DNA of 24,000 bases from Lentisphaeraceae bacterium (GTDB lineage: Bacteria; Verrucomicrobiota; Lentisphaeria; Lentisphaerales; Lentisphaeraceae), in assembly GCA_021232515.1 (NCBI GenBank), contig JAJPOQ010000077.1:3732-27731 (forward strand). Direction: 5' to 3'. The translations under genes and the position numbers were made by a program. Positions 23,998-24,000 of this stretch are shown here, one piece after another (position 1 is the first letter of the stretch; each line of letters starts with the position of its first letter). The notes under the pieces were generated by a model, which saw only the letters and a list, made by a program, of their open reading frames with translations, was not told the DNA's origin and did not search any database.

Positions 23998-24000
23998 TAT

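Noticed and set aside
1-24000. Mobile elements, prophage, CRISPR arrays, rRNA and tRNA genes
   Set aside because: No transposase, integrase or phage-like ORFs are present. There are no long terminal inverted repeats, no regularly spaced direct repeats of CRISPR size, and no rRNA- or tRNA-like conserved blocks in any intergenic region.

Overview
AT-rich chromosomal segment from a Gram-negative bacterium. The gene content (Cys-type sulfatases, an ECF sigma/FecR pair, and a large secreted multidomain glycan-active protein) resembles marine PVC-type polysaccharide degraders such as Lentisphaerae; this taxonomic guess is inference only. I support 21 protein-coding genes and found no rRNA, tRNA, CRISPR array, transposase or integrase. 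Order along the window: (1) minus-strand operon of ABC-exporter-like protein, HlyD adaptor and TolC-like lipoprotein (39-4736); (2) an ~820 bp non-coding, very AT-rich gap; (3) housekeeping or miscellaneous genes galM, MYG1-family, apaG, HDOD, an AlkC/AlkD-type DNA alkylation repair protein and a conserved hypothetical; (4) a 430 bp intergenic region holding a perfect DnaA box, near-consensus boxes, an almost pure A/T tract and tandem 11-mers; (5) an accessory-looking glycan module with sulfatase, secreted GH-like multidomain protein, ECF sigma, FecR anti-sigma, Fic and a second sulfatase (11967-20919); (6) a small DnaJ-type zinc-finger protein, a riboflavin synthase fused to a degenerate RibB-like domain, DUF2062, a Trm112-like protein and nrdR. 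Three observations stand out. First, the only ABC subunit of the tripartite exporter has lost every ATPase motif. Second, the anti-sigma factor's extracytoplasmic C-terminal domain is visibly homologous to the C-terminal domain of the adjacent secreted enzyme, suggesting a glycan-sensing ECF circuit. Third, the RibE/pseudo-RibB fusion is translationally coupled to a DUF2062 membrane protein. All family assignments come from reading motifs by eye; no database search was run.
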